Assembly: GCA_002256025.1 (NCBI GenBank)
Contig: NKIB01013563.1
Coordinates: 1-55,454 of the forward strand
Reading direction: 5' to 3'
DNA length: 55,454 nucleotides
Source of the DNA: Asterionella formosa
Taxonomy: Eukaryota
The position numbers were made by a program, and so were the translations under genes. Shown here piece after piece: positions 49,590 to 55,454 of the stretch (positions within the stretch are counted from its first letter, which is position 1; every line of letters starts with the position of its first letter). Under the pieces are notes generated by a model. It was not told the origin of the DNA. It made no database searches and saw only the letters and a program-made list of their open reading frames with translations.

Positions 49590-50058
49590 TGTAATTGCAA
49601 CTAAAATGACAACCTACTATAACATACCCGGTATACCGGCAGTTGATTTTGCAATACCTTGACTTCCTGTTTCCTTTTATGTATCGGAACAATCTCATTT
49701 TGTAGCTACCGGTAAGGACCAGGGTTGTCGTTACGTAAGATAAGCAATATGACGCAACCTTGGCGCGTGCATCGTATGCACTGTCCCTCAGTCTTGCTGT
49801 AATTGAGACGCTTTTTTTCGATTCTTCCTAAAAATTGTAAAATACGCCATAAATCAGCATAAAAGAATTAGAAAAAGAATAATATTTTAGTGGCTAATAC
49901 ACATTTTTTTTACATGATTGTTATTTCTGAGTTGAAATCGTCATTTTACACTTTTGGACAAGTCATCGATCGTAGCAGCAGTCCGAGCGAAGACAGCAGA
50001 ATCATAAGAAACGATATCACATTTTCAGCGAAGTAGTCGAACCCTCATCCCCGCCATC

Positions 50059-51378
50059 ATGCTGTTCAAATTGGTTACCATCTTGTTAGCCGCAACACAG
50101 AGCTCTGCTAGCGAGTTCAAGGTCTGTTTTCTGTTTGCTTGCTTCGAACCTAACGTTTGTGATCGTTATAGACTAACTTCATTATTTATAACTATTTTCT
50201 ACCTTAGATCCTTGAAGGACACAAAGTGCAGAATTCCTACCATTCCCCGCTTCCTTACACGTACATCAAACTGGAGGAACTCCCAGAAAATTTCTCGTGG
50301 GGAAACATCAATGGGACTGGGTACCTTACCAAATCCCTCAATCAGCACATCCCCCAGTGTGAGCTTTCTAGGGTTTCGCATTGTTTTGTTTAATTTCTGT
50401 ACCAGGTGCTAACTCATCTACCCGAACGCTCTTGACTTGCGAGAATAGACTGCGGATCATGTTGGGCACATGGTTCATTGAGCTCCCTTGCCGATCGAAT
50501 CAAAATTGCTAGGAACGCAACTGGAGACGAAATCAACCTCTCTATCCAGTACATCCTCAACTGTGCTGGGGAAATGGCTGGTTCGTGTCACGGTGGGTCG
50601 CATACTGGAGTCTACGAATTTATCAAGGAAACCGGCTTTGTTCCCTACGATAGCTGTCAGCCCTATTTGGCTTGCTCGTCGGAGTCCACTGAAGGAATAT
50701 GCAAGCATGTCGATACGAGCTGCTCTGCTATCAACACATGCAGGACGTGCGATACGTTTGGAGGCATGGGGGGCAAGTGCTCCAAAATTGATGTCTTTCC
50801 CAATGCCTCCATTGCTGAATATGGCACCTACAATATCTTTCAGCGAGACAAGATGCACTTGATAATGGCGGAAATCTATGCAAGAGGTCCCGTTGCCGCC
50901 GGTGTCAACGCAGAGCCTCTTATCAATTACAAGGGAGGTATTGTGAAGGACACTTCGTTTTTGAATAAACTTATCAACCACATTGTCTCCATCGTTGGGT
51001 GGGGAACCGAGGAGGATACGGGAGACGTGTATTGGATTGTACGCAACAGTTGGGGAGAGTACTGGTAAGTCTTGCTGGTTTTAACATGAATTTTGTGAAT
51101 GCCGATACTGACATTATAGTTTTGGATTCAGGGGCGAGATGGGGTTCTTTAATATTCTTGCCGGACACAACTCTCTTGGTATCGAAAGCTCAGTGGCATG
51201 GGCAACTGTGGATCGCTTCACTCTTCGCAATTTCCCATGTGGTGAGGATGCGACGGATTGCGGCAAAGAGGAACATAAGTATATTGATCCTTCGCTTGAT
51301 ATGCAATCCGTGAAGAGAAGACTCATGTTGGAAAAGCCCCGAATGAATCTACCATCAATCAGGTCCGCTTCTAAGTAG
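50059..51378 (+). CDS. Cathepsin Z/X-like protease, copy 2; join(50059..50121,50208..50358,50449..51064,51132..51378)
   Basis: Signal peptide; NQHIPQYCGSCWAH, NHIVSIVGWG and WIVRNSWGEYWG; three GT-AG introns. Confidence 0.93.
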
Positions 51379-51543
51379 AGAATCAAACTAACGTTCCCCA
51401 GCTTGAAGTAAATCACGACATTCTGTTGTACATAATTCCGTCTTATATTATTAATGGTAAAGTTGGAAATGTATTTATATGTTCAAGATCGTTCCGTGGG
51501 TGCCGACCAATGATGGACTGCAACAGTTTCTGCAATTTCTTCC

Positions 51544-52999
51544 TTAGTTTCCATGTCTCATGTTGCCAGTCACTTTGACTGCTGCTTCCACCGCAAGACG
51601 TCGCTGAACAGATTCAGTATTCGTGGCAGGATCAATAAATGTCTGCACATTTTCCCTGCAACCAGTTCCGTCCTCGCCGCAGGGAAAGTTGTTGACTGTG
51701 AAACTTCCAGGAGTAGCCCATGCGACTTCACTTTCGATTCCCAACAAGTTCTTGCCCATTTCCACCTTGATGAAACCCATTTCGCCCCTGTCAAATGGTA
51801 AGGAATTAGGTTGTTAGCCTGCCGAAAAGTTTCGGCACGAGATATCATATCGCAGGCAAGCCACTCACCAGTACTGACCCCAACTATTACGAATCAACCA
51901 ATGCTTCTTCCCGGACGCAGCGTCAAAGCCCCATCCCACAATGGAAACGATGTGATTGGTATCCTGAGACTGACTTTCATCCGAAAAAATTCCCCCCTTG
52001 TAATTCACTATAGGTTCTGCATTTATGCAAGCAGCCACTGGTCCCCGAGCATAAATCTCAGTCATGATTTGATCTATGTCGTTATCAAGTTGCCCATATT
52101 CCGCCACGGTAGCATTTGGGAAAAAGTCAATTTCAGTGCATTTGCCTCCCATCCCTCCAAACGTATCGCAAGTTCTGCAGGTATTGATAGCAGAGCAAGT
52201 AGTGTCAACTTGAGCACAGAATCCTTCGGTAGAGTCTGCTGAGCAAGCCAAGTAGGGCTGGCATGAATCGTAAGGGACGAAGCCAGTGTCCTTGATGAAT
52301 TCAAAGGTGGACATGTGATACCCTCCATAGCAAGATCCGGCAACTTCAGTGCCACAGTTGAGAATGAACTGAATAGAAAGGTTAATGTCGGTACCTTCGG
52401 CGTTGCGTGCAATCTTGATTCGATCTGCCAGGGAGCTCAAGGACCCATGTGCCCAACAAGAGCCACAATCTATTTAATACATTCAAGAGGTGAGCGTTCA
52501 ATGGAATCGAGGTTCGCGGCAAGCGCGGGAAATCGGCACGCAAGCTGACCCAGCCGCGTAGAAAAGATACATATGTACACACCACAAGCAAAACTTACAC
52601 TGAGGCAGGTGCTGGTTGAGGGAATGGGTCAAATAAGAAACTCCGTCCACGTCTACGGGAAAAATAACGTATTGGTGTCAGCCAAAGTTACTTCGTTTAG
52701 ATGTCCCTTCCACAGTATTCCTCCCCGCAGCACTCACCTCCCCAAGTAAAGGCGTCCGGCAACGCAGCAGCGGAAATGTAGGTATGAGGCAATGGGAGCT
52801 CGTGATGATTCAACACTGGTTCGTCGGGTCGCTGTGATACAAAGTCAAGTCGTAGTGAGTTAAGTCTGAAGTGGGATCTGCATCAGAATTTCCGCGAAAG
52901 GTCGCTAGTTTTTCGACTTACCTTGATTTCGTTAAAACGAGAAGTAGCTGCCGTCACAACGGTGATGATGGTGAGGAAAGAAGTGAAACGAAAGGTCAT
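51544..52999 (-). CDS. Cathepsin Z/X-like protease, copy 3; join(52999..52922,52831..52738,52652..52599,52469..51869,51787..51544)
   Basis: Signal peptide; NQHLPQYCGSCWAH, NHIVSIVGWG and WLIRNSWGQYWG; four GT-AG introns keep the frame. Confidence 0.93.
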
Positions 53000-53854
53000 C
53001 TTGGAGCGAATGACAAGGCAAATGGAAGAACGTTGCCGTTGAATTATTGTGAATGATATCCTTTCGATCAGAACAAAGGAAAAGGAGGGCAGTACCGGTA
53101 TACTAGTATGTACGTATGCACCACACTGCCAGGTATTGTTGTCAAGAAAAAGCTTCGTCGAACTCCTTTCCACGGGCGGGAGTACATGGGAGATACGGAA
53201 ACCGTCCTTGTACACATCGGAGTGAATTTTTGAAACATGTTTCAAAATTTGCCGCAAAACTATGTCCCTCTAAAAGTCTACACTTGCTGTAGAATGTCCG
53301 TACGTCAGTCCGTCATATGCAGCTGTCGAGCCATCATATGTACCGGTACCTGGTACCAGGTATTCATTTTATAATCTTGGTATCTACCGGGTATTATGCT
53401 GGTGAGAATATTCCACTGCTGTGGTGCTACGGCAATATGCATCCTATGATACACAGCATCATATAGACGCACCATGTAAAATGAAATACCAGGTACTCGG
53501 AGTACCTGGTACCTGGTACGAATACAGTTACGACTTAAGGATATGAGACGGAGCAACCAGTATTGTTTAGTCTCGCAAATGTGTAGAAAAGTATGGGTAT
53601 CCAGCCAGATATATAATACACACCTAACCCATCTGCACCTAGATAATCTAATATACATCCCAGCAATTGAAGAGAAGAAACTCACCATTGCATTGTTAAA
53701 TTTGCTGACTGGTGGTTTGCACACTGCTGACCTCGAAAGCAAGCAGCTCAACTGGCTGAGGAGAGGCAACAGTGGCGTGTTCTGTAATCCATAAAAAGCC
53801 TTTAAAAAACCCATCAGCCAGCCAGTAGTGCCTGTTGAAACTCTGCTGTACTTC

Positions 53855-55454
53855 TCACTTGCTTTTAACTAGAACATCTCTGGCTACACCTCTTGTGTAC
53901 CAGTTACTTAATTGTATAGTATATACATAATATGATAAATATTTATATAAATATTCACTAGTAATTTCAAGGAGAATTGTGTCTCTGACGAACTCTTCTT
54001 CTTTGATCAAGTACCTTAGGTGCAAGCTGGCGCCGCCGCTGCCGTATATTGCTGTGGGGAGCATTGTGCCGATCTGGAGGTCATTATCATTCCCAAACTT
54101 CTCAATGTTACTCCGCTGAACATGTTTAGACCATGAGCTGATAGTAAGAACTTCAGGTCTTGTTGAACGCTCCCAAACATATCCAGCTCTTGCCTTGAGA
54201 TAATAAGTTCCCTGCAGAAATGATTGCTCAACAAATTCTGGTGTAACATTGTGTGACCCTGTTGGAATCTCCATGTCTGGTGCTTGTTCCATCATTTGGA
54301 AAATTGGTCTCCACTCTAATTTCAGTCTATCCCGGAGCTTCTTGTCAGGGGATAGTGACGGTGGATCAAGAAGGCGAAATGGTCTGACAATGCCTGGTTG
54401 TCCATTTAGCCATAGACTCCACCCTGTCCGGCGGAGAATCTTTTCAGGAAACTGCCAACCCCTTGGGACCTGTCAAAACTTTCCATCATAGCAGTACAAA
54501 GTATGACCTATCCCATCTTGTTGGTGTTCTTGTTCAGGGAGTGGTCGATTTACCTGATCATTTGTTATTCCACCTTGTTGAAGCTGATCACAAAGCACCT
54601 GTTCAAGCTGTTTGTGATGCTCTTTCAACCGATTGTTTAGAAAATCGATTGTAATGACACCACCACGGATGTCATGCTCTTCAATTGCTTGAACTACAGA
54701 AGCTTTGATTTCCTCTGTCTGATTCATCATCATTGATGTTATCTGAGTGACTTTTAGAAGAATCTCACTCAATTTTTGTGAGTGATCAATATGTGGTGGG
54801 ATCCCTGTGGCTTGGGGCATGTTGTCAGTTCTATCAAGTGTCACAAATTTTTGCAAGCGCTGAAGGAGGCCAGGATATTGCAATAGTGGAATTGCTGAAA
54901 ATGGGTGGTTTGGTTGTTTCTCAATTACAGGTTTAACAAAGGCATCCATGTGATAAACAACTGATGCAAGGAAGTAGAGTAAAACACCAACTATACCCCC
55001 ACTTTGTCTCTCCTCATACAAGTCAATGATGCAACCAAAACATATCTGTAATGCCTGCTTGACATCATCATTTTCCATACCATAAATGAAATGTGGTGGG
55101 AGAACCGCGAAATCAACTGCATTAGGTGGGAGGCCTGCAAGACATCGCCCAAGGTATTGATCACCAGGTTCTGCAAACAAAAAATATATGTCAAAGATAG
55201 TTCCTTGGCTCCATTCACCTCGTCTAGCCACTGATGGAAGTGGTGGAGGAACAGTGGTTCCACTTGTTGCATGGGTAGCAGACCCTTTCCTGAGACCATG
55301 GCTTTTCACTCGCTCAGCACGACAGTATTGTCGAACTTCGTCATGATGACCTGCCAGAAGTTCAACAAGCTGTTGACAGTATCGATGAGCAGCACTTCCA
55401 AGAGTACCATTATCAAGGAATATGGAGTCACGATCCTTAGTAAAAGCTTCATTA
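53855..55454 (-). pseudogene. Crypton (stramenopile CryptonS-like) tyrosine recombinase, truncated by the window edge, with one premature stop
   Basis: HGLRKGSATH (HxxR), RGEWSQG..FDIY (W and catalytic Y) and GDQYLGRCLAGL...FAVLPPHF. The frame is open to the window end and resumes in frame after TGA at 54473-54475. Confidence 0.8.

Overview
This is a eukaryotic nuclear window, most likely from a diatom: it has fucoxanthin-chlorophyll proteins, ASAFAP-type plastid presequences and short GT-AG introns. Two gene-rich blocks flank a ~17 kb AT-rich stretch of decayed transposons (18.2-35.0 kb). The first block (1.6-18 kb) holds plastid FabI, AATF/Bfr2, TAP42/IGBP1, UBLCP1, two FCP/Lhc paralogs, an FAD monooxygenase, cathepsin Z and a DUF885 protein. 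The second (35-53 kb) holds a LOG-family protein, a Sel1-repeat protein, a ~2080-aa soluble adenylyl cyclase-like protein ending in a CaaX box, and two more cathepsin Z genes. The transposon stretch contains two inverted copies of a ~750-bp TA-flanked element, a 1-kb TAA-flanked Tourist-like insert, a 5.2-kb TIR element with degenerate ORFs and a full-length fossil PIF/Harbinger element. A Crypton-like tyrosine recombinase pseudogene runs off the right edge. The most notable idea is that several MITEs here have CC...GG termini inside TA duplications, and the abundant TACCGGTA / TACC(A/T)GGTA motifs and arrays match their predicted excision footprints. All alignments and coordinates were read by eye and no database searches were run.
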